A stretch of 64,000 nucleotides of DNA from an uncultured Chloroflexia bacterium (GTDB lineage: Bacteria; Chloroflexota; Limnocylindria; Limnocylindrales; CSP1-4): positions 288,001 through 352,000 of the forward strand of contig CAVRGP010000002.1 in assembly GCA_963720755.1 (NCBI GenBank), given 5' to 3'. How positions within the stretch are numbered: the first letter of the stretch is position 1; each line of letters begins with the position of its first letter. Shown piece after piece: positions 1 through 10,558 of the stretch. The notes under the pieces are model-generated. The model saw only the letters and a list, made by a program, of their open reading frames with translations, did not search any database and was not told where the DNA came from. Made by a program: the position numbers and the translations under genes.

Positions 1-194
1 CCCGGTCCCGCGGTCAGCACCCCGTCCGGCACGTAGAGCGCGGTGTTCCCGGCCCAATCCTGCTCGTCCAACGATCGGGCGAACTCGACCAGCAGGTCGC
101 TGATCCGGGCCCGGTCCACCAGCCACTGCAGCTGGTCGATCGGGTCGGTGGGCGCCACCGGGTGGATGGGCGCTGGGGTCGTGGAGGTCGTCAT
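1..194 (-). CDS. SnoaL-like / NTF2-family protein (runs off the window start)
   Basis: Manual translation [47 protein letters not shown]...; ATG at 194 overlaps the LysR stop (ATGA). Confidence 0.75.
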   Translation of the reverse strand, partial: MTTSTTPAPIHPVAPTDPIDQLQWLVDRARISDLLVEFARSLDEQDWAGNTALYVPDGVLTAGP

Positions 195-1176
195 CGCGGT
201 CCTTCGTCGGTCGCGTCGTGAGAGGCAGGTGGGTGGTCGCCGGCCGGCTGGGTCCGGTCGCCGGGCGGGGCGAGGGTGGCCGCGGCCTCCCGCAGCAGCG
301 ACTGCAGCCACCGGTGCCCGGGGTCGGCGGCGCGGGACGGATGCCACCACATCGCCTCGACCAGTTCCGGCAGGTCGAGGTCCAGGTCCAGCAGCCGCAC
401 ACCGGCGGAGGCCTGCAGGGTGCGGGCCAGTCGTTCCTGCAGCACCCCCACCCGGCTGGTGCCGGCCAGCAGAAACGGCAGCGCCAGGAAGTTCTCCATC
501 ACGACGTCGATATGTCGTTCGACCCCCGCCAGCTTCAGGTGGTGGTCGGCGGGGGTGAACTGGGTCGGTCCGTTGTAGGTCAGTATCCACCGCAGCGGGC
601 CCAGGCAGTCGCGGTGATCGGATCGCACGGCACGTCGTTGGCGGGAGCGGCGCAGCCCGACCCACTTGTCGCGGAACAACTCCTGGGAGGGCAGGTCCTC
701 CAGGAATCCGAAGGGCAGCACCATCAGGTCGACCGACCGCAGGGCTCGCGGCGGCGTCGTCCACCCCCGCCCGGTCGACCTGCCGGATCCGCAACCGCAC
801 ATCGGGGGCCCGTTGTTCGAGCAGTTCCAGGACCCGGCCGCCCAGCACGGTCAGCGCGTAGTCGGACATCATCAGGGTGAATTCGCGGGTGGAGGACTTC
901 TCGTCGAAGACCGGGCGCGCCGCGAAGGTGTGCGACACGTACGCAGTGCGACCTCGGACTGGTCCAGCAACGAGGACGCCGAGCGGGGTCGAGGATGAAA
1001 CGTTGCCCGTCCCGGGTGAGCAGGTCGTCGCCGAAATGCCGGCGGAGCCGACCGAGGGCGGCGCTCATCGCCGGCTGGCTCAGCCCGATGCTCTCGCCGG
1101 CCCGGGTGACGTTGCGTTCGGTGAGGAGTGCATGCAACGCCACCAGCAGGTTCAGGTCGATTCCGGGTAGGTCCAT
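191..1176 (-). CDS. LysR-family regulator (NodD-like), frameshifted in this assembly
   Basis: N-terminal [51 protein letters not shown] in the 724..2706 frame; C-terminal [14 protein letters not shown] in the 191..802 frame. Confidence 0.85.
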
Positions 1177-1259
1177 CCCGCCGACCTCCTTGTCGCCGCC
1201 AGCTGTGTCCCGCCCACCATGCCCGAGTTCCCCGGTGCGCGCCGTCGATCGTGACACTG

Positions 1260-2535
1260 TCAGTCGTGGGTGCCGTCGAGTCGCTCGGTCGTGCGCCGCA
1301 GTGCCAGCAGGGTGACGGCGGCCATCACGGCCGCGCCGATCCCGAGCACGCCCAGTGCCGGCTGGAGCCCACCGGCTCCGACGGCGATCGCGGCGATGAT
1401 CAGTGGGGAGAGGAACTCGCCGACGAACAGGGTGCCGGTCCACAGACCGACTCCGCGGCCGCGTTGCAGGAAGGTGAGCCGGTTGACCGCCCAGGTCAGC
1501 AGGGTGGGCAGCAGCATGCCGGTGCCGAAGCCGGTGAGCGACGGCGCCGGCGGTGATCACCGGCACGCGACGTCGGTCGCGAAGGTCAGCAGCAGACCGA
1601 TTGCGGTGAGGGCGAACTCGGCGGGCAGCAGCACCCGGGGGGAGAGCCGGGACAGCTTGCCGAACACGATCGCCCCGGCCGCGGTGGCCAGGGACATGGC
1701 GGCGCTGATGCGCGCCGATGGTGGCGGTGGAGGTGATGCCGACCTCGGTCAGGACGAACGACAGTTCGACGATCAGCGCGTAGAACACGATGCCGCCGAA
1801 CAGCGTGACCAGGCACGGGCCGAGCAGCTTGCGCCATGGCACGGGCTCCAGCCGTCGGCGCCCTCGACCGGTGCCGCGGGTCGGGCCGGCTGCCACAACA
1901 GCGCGGCCATCGGGATCACCAGGAGCAGCGCGACGAGGTACAGCCAGAACGGCGTCCGCCAGCCGGACGCGCCCAGGATGCCGCCCAGACGCCAGGAAGA
2001 CGGTGGCGGACAGCGCGGCCACCAGGGTCTGCAGGCCCAGGTACCGGCTGCGCTGCGGCCCGGACCAGTAGTCGCCGATCAGCGTCGTGCAGCAGGTCAT
2101 GATCGCCGCCTCGCAGACGCCGACCAGCACCCGGCTGCCGACGATCGCGCCGAGCGAGTTCAGGTACAGCGGCGCGGTGCCGAAGATCGCGTAGGCGATC
2201 ATCGCGACGAGCAGCAGCCGTTTGCGGTCCAGCCGGTCGACGATGACGCCGGCGAACGGCGCGGTGAGGCCGATCAGCAGCGCGGGCACGGTCAGCACGA
2301 TCGGCACGAGCACCTCGACTCCCGGGGTGCCGGCGAAGGCTGCCGTCATCTGCGGCAGGACCGGTGCGATCAGCACCGCGCCGAGCACGGACATGCAGCT
2401 ACCGGCCAGCAGCAGGATCAGCTGCGCCATCCCTGGGGTGCGGCTGGGCGCGCCGGCACGCCCGTTCGGTGAGTCGGGTGACCCGGCAAGCGGGGTCACG
2501 GGGGTGTTCAGGACGGTGTCCTCGGACATGGTCAT
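1260..2535 (-). CDS. MFS transporter, frameshifted
   Basis: Hydrophobic helices with motif A ([11 protein letters not shown]); C-terminus lies in the 1260..1517 frame. Confidence 0.85.
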
Positions 2536-2668
2536 CACCTGGTTCGTCGTTGGGCCATGGCGGATATGGGGTTGACAGTCATGAGTCGCGGCAGTGGCCG
2601 CGACGAGCGGGAAAGACGGTTTCAGCCGGCCGGGATGGCGGAAGAGCCTGGATGGCGCCAGAGAGAAG

Positions 2669-3582
2669 TCAGTGCCCGGTGGGTGGTCCGGCACGTGCCG
2701 GCACACCTGCCGGTGGCCGAGCCGGAGCGCCGGGCAGCACCATCGACCAACCGCCGTCGATGACGAGATTCGCTCCCGTCATGTACGACGACTCGTCGCT
2801 GGCGAGAAACACCGCACAGGGCGCGATGTCGTCGGGCTCACCGATCCGGCCGAGCGGGATGTGGTCCGCGATGCCGTACATCGGATGCTCGGGGTTGCCG
2901 AAGATGTCGTCCCGGGTGGCGGGCGTCATGATCATTCCGGGGCTGATGCAGTTGACCCGGATCCCGTGCGCGGCGCCCTCCGCGGCGAGTTGCCGGGCCA
3001 GTGCGACGATCCCGCCCTTGGTGACGGTGTGCGCACTGCGCATCAACGTCATCGACCCGGTCAGTCCGGCCGTGGAACCCACCAGGATGACCGAGCCGCC
3101 GCGTTGTTTCAGGTGCGGCCAGGCGTGCTTGGTGGCCAGGAACACCACATCGAGTTCGTTGCGCAGGGTGAAGTGCCAGTCCTGCAGGATTCCGCCTCGA
3201 TCGGGGCGAAGCGGGTGGCGCCGGCGTTGTTGTACAGAACGTCGATCCGGCCGTATCTGGCCGCCGCGGCGTCGACCCAGTCGCGGACGGCGGCTTCGTC
3301 GGTGAGGTCGAGGGGGTGGCTGCTGTCCATCCGCCCGCCGCGTTCGGTGACGGCCTGAACCGTCTGCTCGGCCCCGTCCGGTTTCAGGTCGCAGCCGACG
3401 ACGATCGCGCCCTCGTCGGCGAACCGGATCGCGGCGGCAGCGCCCTGCCCGCCGCCGGTACCGGTGATCAGCGCGACCTTCCCGGCTAGCCGCCTCCGAC
3501 GAAGTCGTGAGGCGCCATTGGACACGGCGAGAGAGTCTCCCCGTACTTTCCAGACACGCTCCGCCTGCCCGCCCGTCGGCAT
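2669..3582 (-). CDS. SDR oxidoreductase, frameshifted near 3185
   Basis: TGTGGGQG and NNAG in 3109..3582; IRVNCISPG and GANLVIDGG in 2669..3148; start uncertain. Confidence 0.85.
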
Positions 3583-4709
3583 CAGGCGGGCCGGCTGATC
3601 AAGGCGTTGACCCGCCCCATCAGCCCGGCGACGTCGGCATGGCGGTCACCGGCGAGCAGCCACCCGGTGAGCTGCAGGGAGCCGGCCACCACCGCCGACG
3701 CGCGGGCCAGCCGGCGGTCGGTGAAGGCGTCGAACAGGTTCTGGTCCAGCACATCCCGCTCCAGCAGCAACTCGGCCAGCACGGCGGCGTCCTCCAGGGC
3801 CATGGCCGCGCCGAGGGCCAGCGTCGGCGGGCAGGCGTGCGCGGCATCACCGATCAGCACGACCCGGCCCCGGTTCCACGCGCCGTCGATCAACAGCGAC
3901 TCGAAGTGCGTGTAGTTGATGCGCGCCGGGTCGGTGATGTCCTCCCGGATGGCGTCCCACGGGCCGTGATATCCCTCGGCCAGGGCGCGCATCGCCGCGA
4001 CCTGTTGTTCCGGGGTGTCCTGTGGCCGGTCCTGGCTGCGCTCCACCAGGTAGGCGTAGAGCGTGTCCGGCCCGGTGGGGCAGTAACCGGCGATGAAACA
4101 GGGTCCGTCGTAGATCAGATCCGTGCGAGTGACCTCCGCGGGCCGCTTGGCGTGCACCCGCCAGATACCCATGCCGACCGGTTCGGGCTGGACGTCGATA
4201 CCCAGCTGGGCGCGGGTCCGGGACCTGATGCCGTCCGCCCCGACCAGCAGGTCGTAGCGGCCGGTGCCGCCATCGGAAAAGACGACGTCCACGCCGTGCT
4301 CGTCCTGGCGGAACGATTCCACCGACGTGTCGAGCCGAACCTTGGCGCCGGCATTGACAGCGGCCCTGGCCAGCACCTCGGCCAGTTTCGGCCGGTAGGC
4401 GCCCAGGGTGGCGGGCAGGTCGGGGCCGCCGGTGCGGGCGTCCGGGAGTTCGGCGAGCAGCTGCCCCCCGGCCGACCGGATGCCCAGGGAATCGAAGGGG
4501 TAGCCGTCGCGACGCAATTCGTCCCAGACCCCGACGTCGCGGAGCACTCGCAGAGCCGCCCCCTGCAGGGTGATCCCCGACCCGTAGACGGTGAAATCCG
4601 TCTTCTTCTCGACGATCTCGACGGCGACGCCGGCTCTGCCGAGCAGTGCCGCAAGGGTGCAGCCGGCGGTGCCGCCGCCCACCACAAGGACGTTGTGAAC
4701 GCTGGTCAT
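3582..4709 (-). CDS. FAD-dependent aromatic monooxygenase
   Basis: GGGTAG, GADGIRS and IGDAAH fingerprints; start MTSVHNV after GGAG RBS. Confidence 0.9.
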   Translation of the reverse strand: MTSVHNVLVVGGGTAGCTLAALLGRAGVAVEIVEKKTDFTVYGSGITLQGAALRVLRDVGVWDELRRDGYPFDSLGIRSAGGQLLAELPDARTGGPDLPATLGAYRPKLAEVLARAAVNAGAKVRLDTSVESFRQDEHGVDVVFSDGGTGRYDLLVGADGIRSRTRAQLGIDVQPEPVGMGIWRVHAKRPAEVTRTDLIYDGPCFIAGYCPTGPDTLYAYLVERSQDRPQDTPEQQVAAMRALAEGYHGPWDAIREDITDPARINYTHFESLLIDGAWNRGRVVLIGDAAHACPPTLALGAAMALEDAAVLAELLLERDVLDQNLFDAFTDRRLARASAVVAGSLQLTGWLLAGDRHADVAGLMGRVNALISRPA

Positions 4710-5089
4710 CGTTGACTCCTGAATTGATCTTAAGGGTTTGGCGGCGCTGCCAAGAACCGAACCACGGCCGTTCCCGGTGCGGAAATAGTTTGTCGACATG
4801 AACGGCATCCATCCGGCAAATACCTGCTGACCGTGCCGTGCGGGGCACGGCGGGTGATGGGCCCGGCACCGCGACTGACCTGCGGCGACAGCGCCCGGCC
4901 GAACGCGTGGGTAGGCAGCGCCTGGTCGGCCGCGATTGCGCATTCATCGGGCTGATAGCCGGTATATCGATCGACGATGCGCGGCTGGCGAATTGCCCGC
5001 TAGGTTGGCCGATATCGCTGAACAGGAGGGTTTTCGTTGACGACAAACAATGGTCGGGAACATTCCGGGATCAGGCCGGTCCTGCACCG

Positions 5090-5947
5090 ATGACGGATCC
5101 AGGCATCAGGCAACGGGGCGGGGTCCAATCTGCCGCGGGAACCGTCGGGACCGGCCGGCTCGCCGGCAAGGTCGTGGTGATCACCGGAGCCGGGCAGGGC
5201 CAAGGCGCCGCGCAGTCGGCCTCCTGCCGCGCTGCCGGTGCGAGGGTCATCGGCCTGGACATCGTGCCCGGTGCGGGCCTGCGGCGGCATGACGTCACGT
5301 CCGAGAGCGATTGGGCTGCACTGGCTGCCGATCTCACCGACCGGTTCGGCGTCGTGCACGGACTGGTCAACAACGCCGGCATCACGCACCGCGCGAGGCT
5401 GCTCGAGCTCACGGCGGCGGACCTGAACCGGGTGCTCGCGGTGAACCTGAGCGGCCCGTTGCTCGGCGTTCAATCGTTGGCACCGCTGATGGGCCACGGC
5501 GCGTCGATCGTCACCATCGGGTCGGTGGCAGCCGTCACCGCGCACTACCCGGCGGCGTACACCGCGAGCAAATGGGCGTTGCGCGGGCTGATGCAGGTCG
5601 CCGCGATGGAGCTCGGACCGGCCGGCATCCGGGTCAACACGATCCATCCGGGCTTCATCGACACTCCGATGACGGCGTCCGCGTCGCCGGCCTTCCTGAC
5701 CGCGAACCTGGCCGCCACCCCACTTGGCCGGGCCGGGCAACCGGGGGAGGTGGCCGACCTGGTGGTGTTTCTGCTGTCCGACGCCGCCGCGTTCATCAGC
5801 GGCGCCGAGATCCCGGTGGACGGTGGCCAGACCGGGCACGGCGGCGCCAAGTCGATCTCCGATGCGCTACGGCCGCACACGGACCCGGCCGCGAGTCCGC
5901 CGTCAGATGTCACCGCGCCAGCGGCAGGGGTGACCCCAGCGGGCTGA
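5090..5947 (+). CDS. SDR oxidoreductase (FabG/HSD-like)
   Basis: TGAGQGQG, NNAG, YTASK, IRVNTIHPG. Confidence 0.9.
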   Translation: MTDPGIRQRGGVQSAAGTVGTGRLAGKVVVITGAGQGQGAAQSASCRAAGARVIGLDIVPGAGLRRHDVTSESDWAALAADLTDRFGVVHGLVNNAGITHRARLLELTAADLNRVLAVNLSGPLLGVQSLAPLMGHGASIVTIGSVAAVTAHYPAAYTASKWALRGLMQVAAMELGPAGIRVNTIHPGFIDTPMTASASPAFLTANLAATPLGRAGQPGEVADLVVFLLSDAAAFISGAEIPVDGGQTGHGGAKSISDALRPHTDPAASPPSDVTAPAAGVTPAG

Positions 5948-5990
5948 GGGTGCCCGGCACATTCCGGCAGACCGCGTACCGTCACCACCC

Positions 5991-6818
5991 ATGGGCATGC
6001 TCTGCGCGGTCACCTTTACCGCAAACGGCCAACTGCACTACGCCGATCCGGGCGAGTTGCGGCCCGAGGTCGGTGACATGGTGCTGCTGCCCACCGATCA
6101 TGGTGCCGTCGCGGCCCGGGTGGTGTGGGCGTCGGAGTATTCCGGTGAGGACACCGAGGGATTCCCGGTGCTGTTGGGGCCGGCGACCGACAAGGATCTC
6201 GCGGTCACCGAGCAGATGCGCAAGACCAAGGCCCGCGGAATGGTCGCCAGCCGCCGGCTGATCCGGGAGCACGGGCTGCCGATGAAAGTGTTGGCGGTGG
6301 ACCCACAACCGGCCGGCGGCAAGATCGTCATCTACTACTCCTCGCCGGAGACGGTGGACTTCCGGTCGCTGCTGCGGGACCTGTCCGCGACCCTCGGGCA
6401 GCGGATCGAACTGCGCCAGCTCGCCGCTCGGGACGCGGTGCGGGTGACCGGTGCGATCGGCTCCTGCGGCCGGGACACCTGCTGTTCCACCTTCCTCAAG
6501 GACTACGAGCCGATCACCCTGGCCATGGCCCGCGACCAGGACCTGCCGGCGAACCCAATGCGGATCTCCGGTGCCTGCGGTCGGCTGATGTGTTGCCTCA
6601 AGTACGAGCACCCGCTCTACCAGGACTTCAAGGCCACTGCCCCCGCCATCGGCGAGGACGTCGACTCACCGGCCGGGCCGGGACGGGTCGTCGGACATTC
6701 GGTGCCTGGGGATTCGGTGGTGATCAAGCTGGCGGCGGACGGATCCAAGCAGGTCTGCCCGGTCGCCTCGGTCTGCGGGTCCCGCAAGGCCTACGAGGAG
6801 CGGCACCCCGACCGCTGA
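5991..6818 (+). CDS. PSP1 domain protein (RicT/YaaT-like Fe-S regulatory subunit)
   Basis: VDFRSLLRDL, GSCGRDTCC, ISGACGRLMCCLKYE. Confidence 0.92.
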   Translation: MGMLCAVTFTANGQLHYADPGELRPEVGDMVLLPTDHGAVAARVVWASEYSGEDTEGFPVLLGPATDKDLAVTEQMRKTKARGMVASRRLIREHGLPMKVLAVDPQPAGGKIVIYYSSPETVDFRSLLRDLSATLGQRIELRQLAARDAVRVTGAIGSCGRDTCCSTFLKDYEPITLAMARDQDLPANPMRISGACGRLMCCLKYEHPLYQDFKATAPAIGEDVDSPAGPGRVVGHSVPGDSVVIKLAADGSKQVCPVASVCGSRKAYEERHPDR

Positions 6819-7179
6819 CGGGCGGACCACTCTCTGCCGCACACGGTACTGATCCCCAGGCGCCCGGTGTCCGGGGCTTTGCCACCCCGGTGCGGCGCTG
6901 TGCGATCGCCGTGTCCCCTCTGGGGAAGACGCGGTGCCCGCAAAAGAGTCCGGAACGACGGCAAGGGTGGGGCTGGGAACGGGCGGCGAGGCCAGGCTCC
7001 CCACCAACGGAGATGGATTGCGCGGCCACCGCCTTCATCCTGAATTCGATCTCGTTTTGATAACGAATCTGTGATTCACCTGATAATTGCGTCACAGCTG
7101 GGTAACGGTAAGGACGGCCGGAGGAATTTCCGGCTGCGCCCCCACAAAGGGTGCAAAACGTCCTGTTCGGGAGGCAAGA

Positions 7180-8724
7180 GTGCGAAGAAGCACAATGCTG
7201 GTGACGGCGATCGTCGGCGCGACGATGCTGGTTCCGGTGGGTTCGGCGGCGGCGGTCGACGACGTCAACACCCAGAAACTGCGCAACGCCGTGACGGTCA
7301 GCGGGATCCTGAAACACGAACGAGCACTGCAGCAGATCGCCAACGCCAACGGCGGCACCAGAGCGTCCGGTACCCCCGGCTTCGACGCGTCTGCGGCCTA
7401 CGTCATGGGCAAGCTGCAGAAGGCCGGCTACCAGGTCTCCCAGCAGAGCTTCGAGTTCCCGTTCTACGAGCTCCTGGGCGACGCCTCCCTGGCTCAGGTT
7501 TCGCCGACCCCCACCGACTACGAGACCTCGACCGTCGACTACTCGGGCTCCGGCGACGTGACCGGCACGCTGGTTGCGACGAACACGATCATCATCCCGC
7601 CGACTCCTGCTCCCAGTTCGACGTCGGGCTGCAGTGCTGACGATTACGTTCCAGCGTCCGCGACCGAACCTCAGGTCGCGTTGATCCAGCGCGGCACCTG
7701 CACCTTCGGAGAGAAGGTCGCCTTCGCCGAGGCTGCGGGTTATGACGCCGCAGTGATCTTCAACGAGGGTCAGCCGGGCCGTGACGCCCTGCTCGACGGC
7801 GTGACACTCGGCGCTCCGGCGGGCATTCCGGTCGTCGGTCTGAGCTTCGCCGACGGCGCGGCTCTGTACGCCGCCACCCAGGCCGGTGCCGTGACGATGG
7901 CGGTCAGCACCCAAACCCTGTCCGAGGTCCGCACGACCTCGAACGTCATCGCCGACACCCCCGGCGGCGACCCGACCAAGGTCATCGTGGTGGGCGCGCA
8001 TCTGGACTCGGTCAACGAAGGCCCGGGCATCAACGACAACGGCAGCGGCACCGCCGTCAACCTGGAAACCGCGATCCAGATCAGCAAGCTGAAGGCGCAG
8101 CCACGGCAGCAGATTCGCTTCGCCTTCTGGGGTGCCGAGGAGTCCGGGCTACTGGGTTCGGAGTACTACGTCGCCAACCTGGACGGCGACGCCCTTTCCA
8201 AGATCTACGCGAACCTGAACTTCGACATGCTGGGCTCGCCGAACTACGCGCGCTTCGTCTACGACGGCGACGGTTCCAGCGGTGATCCCGCCGGCCCGCA
8301 GGCCGGTGGCCCTCCCGGATCGGCCCAGATCGAGCAGGTCTTCACCGACTACTTCGCCAGCCAAGGCCTGGCGACCGCGCCGACCGCTTTTGACGGGCGT
8401 TCGGACTACGGCCCCTTCATCGCCGCCGGCATCCCGGCGGGTGGCCTGTTCTCCGGTGCCGAGGGCATCAAGACCGATCAGGAGGCCATCGACTTCGGCG
8501 GCATCGCCGGTCAGCCTTATGACGCCTGCTACCACCAGGCCTGCGACAACATCAACAACCTGAGCACCAAGGCGCTGTTCGAGTTGGGCGACGCCGCGGC
8601 GGACGCAGTGTGGACGCTGGCTCGTAGCAAGAGCGGATTCTTCGAGGACGGCAGCCGGATGGCCGCCCGTTCCGCAGTCTCGATGGATCAGTTCGACTAC
8701 AAGGGCAGCCACCTGGTCCGCTGA
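7180..8724 (+). CDS. Secreted M28 aminopeptidase with PA domain
   Basis: Signal peptide; LIQRGTCTF; GAHLDSV..GPGINDNGSG, AEESGLLGS, NFDMLGS, RSDY, CYH. Confidence 0.92.
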   Translation: MRRSTMLVTAIVGATMLVPVGSAAAVDDVNTQKLRNAVTVSGILKHERALQQIANANGGTRASGTPGFDASAAYVMGKLQKAGYQVSQQSFEFPFYELLGDASLAQVSPTPTDYETSTVDYSGSGDVTGTLVATNTIIIPPTPAPSSTSGCSADDYVPASATEPQVALIQRGTCTFGEKVAFAEAAGYDAAVIFNEGQPGRDALLDGVTLGAPAGIPVVGLSFADGAALYAATQAGAVTMAVSTQTLSEVRTTSNVIADTPGGDPTKVIVVGAHLDSVNEGPGINDNGSGTAVNLETAIQISKLKAQPRQQIRFAFWGAEESGLLGSEYYVANLDGDALSKIYANLNFDMLGSPNYARFVYDGDGSSGDPAGPQAGGPPGSAQIEQVFTDYFASQGLATAPTAFDGRSDYGPFIAAGIPAGGLFSGAEGIKTDQEAIDFGGIAGQPYDACYHQACDNINNLSTKALFELGDAAADAVWTLARSKSGFFEDGSRMAARSAVSMDQFDYKGSHLVR

Positions 8725-8748
8725 CCTGAGTGCTGCTCCACCACGCCG

Positions 8749-8789
8749 CGGCCCGGCTTCGACCCCTGCACGGGGTCGGAGCCGGGCCG
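8749..8789. terminator. Hairpin between convergent genes
   Basis: cggcccggcttcgacccc-tgcac-ggggtcggagccgggccg. Confidence 0.7.
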
Positions 8790-8811
8790 TCGGCTTTGAC
8801 CCGCCGATGAC

Positions 8812-10290
8812 TCACCGGAGCCGGAAAATCGTTCGATGCCAGGGCTTCTCGGCCACTCCTGTCAGGTCCTGCATGACGTGCTTGACGGCGGTGTACTCCT
8901 CGAAGGAGTACGCCGACATGTCCTTGCCGAAACCCGACCGCTTGACGCCGCCGTGTGGCATCTCGCTGATGATCGGGATGTGGTCGTTCACCCACACGCA
9001 GCCGGCCGCGATCTCCCGGGTGGCCCGCAGCGACCGGTAGACATCCCGGGTCCAGGCCGAGGCGGCCAGGCCGTACTCGGTGGCGTTCGCCATCGCGATG
9101 GCCTCGTCGTCGGTGTCGAACGGCTGGACGCTCAGCACCGGGCCGAACACCTCGTCGGTGACGATCTCGCTGCCGGCCGGGGCGCCGATCACCAGGGTGG
9201 GTTCGTAGTAGGCCCCCGCGGCGAGGTCCCCGCCCGGCGCCCGCCCGCCGACCACCACCTGGGCGTCGCGGCGGGCCCGGGCCACCATCGCCGCCACCTT
9301 GTCCCGGTGCTGGAAGCTGACCAGCGGACCCAGGTCGGTGTCCTCGTCGGCGGGCGGACCCAGCCGCACGGCGGCGAACAGGTCGGCCACCCCCGCGACG
9401 AACTCGTCGTGCAGGGACCGGTGCACGATCGCCCTGGTGGCCGCCGTGCAATCCTGCCCGGAATTGATCAGACTGCCGGCCACCGCCCCGTGGATCGCCG
9501 CTGGCAGGTCGGCGTCGTCGAACACCACGAACGGTGCCTTGCCGCCGAGCTCCATGTGCATCCGTTTGCCGGTGACCGCGGCCGCCGCCATCACCCGCCG
9601 CCCGGTCGCAGTCGATCCGGTGAACGACACCATCGCCACGTCCGGATGCCCGGTCAGCCGTGAGCCGGCGTCGCCGCCGCGACCGACGATGACGTTGACC
9701 ACCCCGTCCGGTACGCCGGCATCGGCGCAGACCTGCGCGAACAACAGGCTGGTCAGCGGGGTGATCTCCGCCGGCTTGAGCACGATGGTGTTCCCGGCCG
9801 CGATGGCCGGCAGAATCTTCCACGCCGCCATTTGCAGCGGATAGTTCCAGGGGGCAATCGATCCGATGACGCCGATCGGCTCCCGCCGGATCGAGGACGT
9901 GTGGTCGGCGGAGTACTCGGCGGTGGCCCGGCCCTCGAGCATGCGGGCGGCGCCGGCGAAGAAGTCGATGTTGTCGATCGTGCCCGGGACATCGAATTCG
10001 CGGGCCAACCGGATCGGCTTCCCGGTCTGCCGGCTCTCCAGCTGGGCGAACTCCTCGGCCCGCTGCTCGAGCAGCCGTGCGGCCCTTCCCAACACGGCCG
10101 AGCGTTCCCCGGGGGTGGCCCGCGACCAGTCGAACCAGGCCGCGCGGGCTGCGTCGACGGCGTCGTCAACGTCCGCCGCGCCGGCCATCGTCACCGTTTC
10201 CACCACGGCAGCGGTTGACGGGTCGATCACGTCGAGGGTGTCGGTCGAGGTCGCGGGCCGCAGCACCCCGCCGATGAATTGATGACTCAC
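8812..10290 (-). CDS. Gamma-aminobutyraldehyde dehydrogenase (ALDH)
   Basis: PWNYPL, FTGST, ELGGK, NSGQDCTAATR, EVFGP, EMPHGG. Confidence 0.88.
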   Translation of the reverse strand: MSHQFIGGVLRPATSTDTLDVIDPSTAAVVETVTMAGAADVDDAVDAARAAWFDWSRATPGERSAVLGRAARLLEQRAEEFAQLESRQTGKPIRLAREFDVPGTIDNIDFFAGAARMLEGRATAEYSADHTSSIRREPIGVIGSIAPWNYPLQMAAWKILPAIAAGNTIVLKPAEITPLTSLLFAQVCADAGVPDGVVNVIVGRGGDAGSRLTGHPDVAMVSFTGSTATGRRVMAAAAVTGKRMHMELGGKAPFVVFDDADLPAAIHGAVAGSLINSGQDCTAATRAIVHRSLHDEFVAGVADLFAAVRLGPPADEDTDLGPLVSFQHRDKVAAMVARARRDAQVVVGGRAPGGDLAAGAYYEPTLVIGAPAGSEIVTDEVFGPVLSVQPFDTDDEAIAMANATEYGLAASAWTRDVYRSLRATREIAAGCVWVNDHIPIISEMPHGGVKRSGFGKDMSAYSFEEYTAVKHVMQDLTGVAEKPWHRTIFRLR

Positions 10291-10558
10291 GTCTCACTCC
10301 CCGTCCGGGTTGCCGGGCGCACCCCTGTTCCCGTCGTATCCTGCACTGGTTGGACGCGCGGGCTTCTGGTGCGTCGGACCACACCGCGGGGGATTGTTGA
10401 GCAGCGCGAAACGCCGTGCCTGCTGCAATTGGTGGGGGATTGTTGGCGGGATCATGGGAGTGGGGTATCAACGCCCGGCCCGGTCACACGTCTGTTCTAT
10501 CGGCACTGCTGCTATTCCGCGGGAGGAGTCAGCCCGTTCACGATCTTCGGAGGACCAC

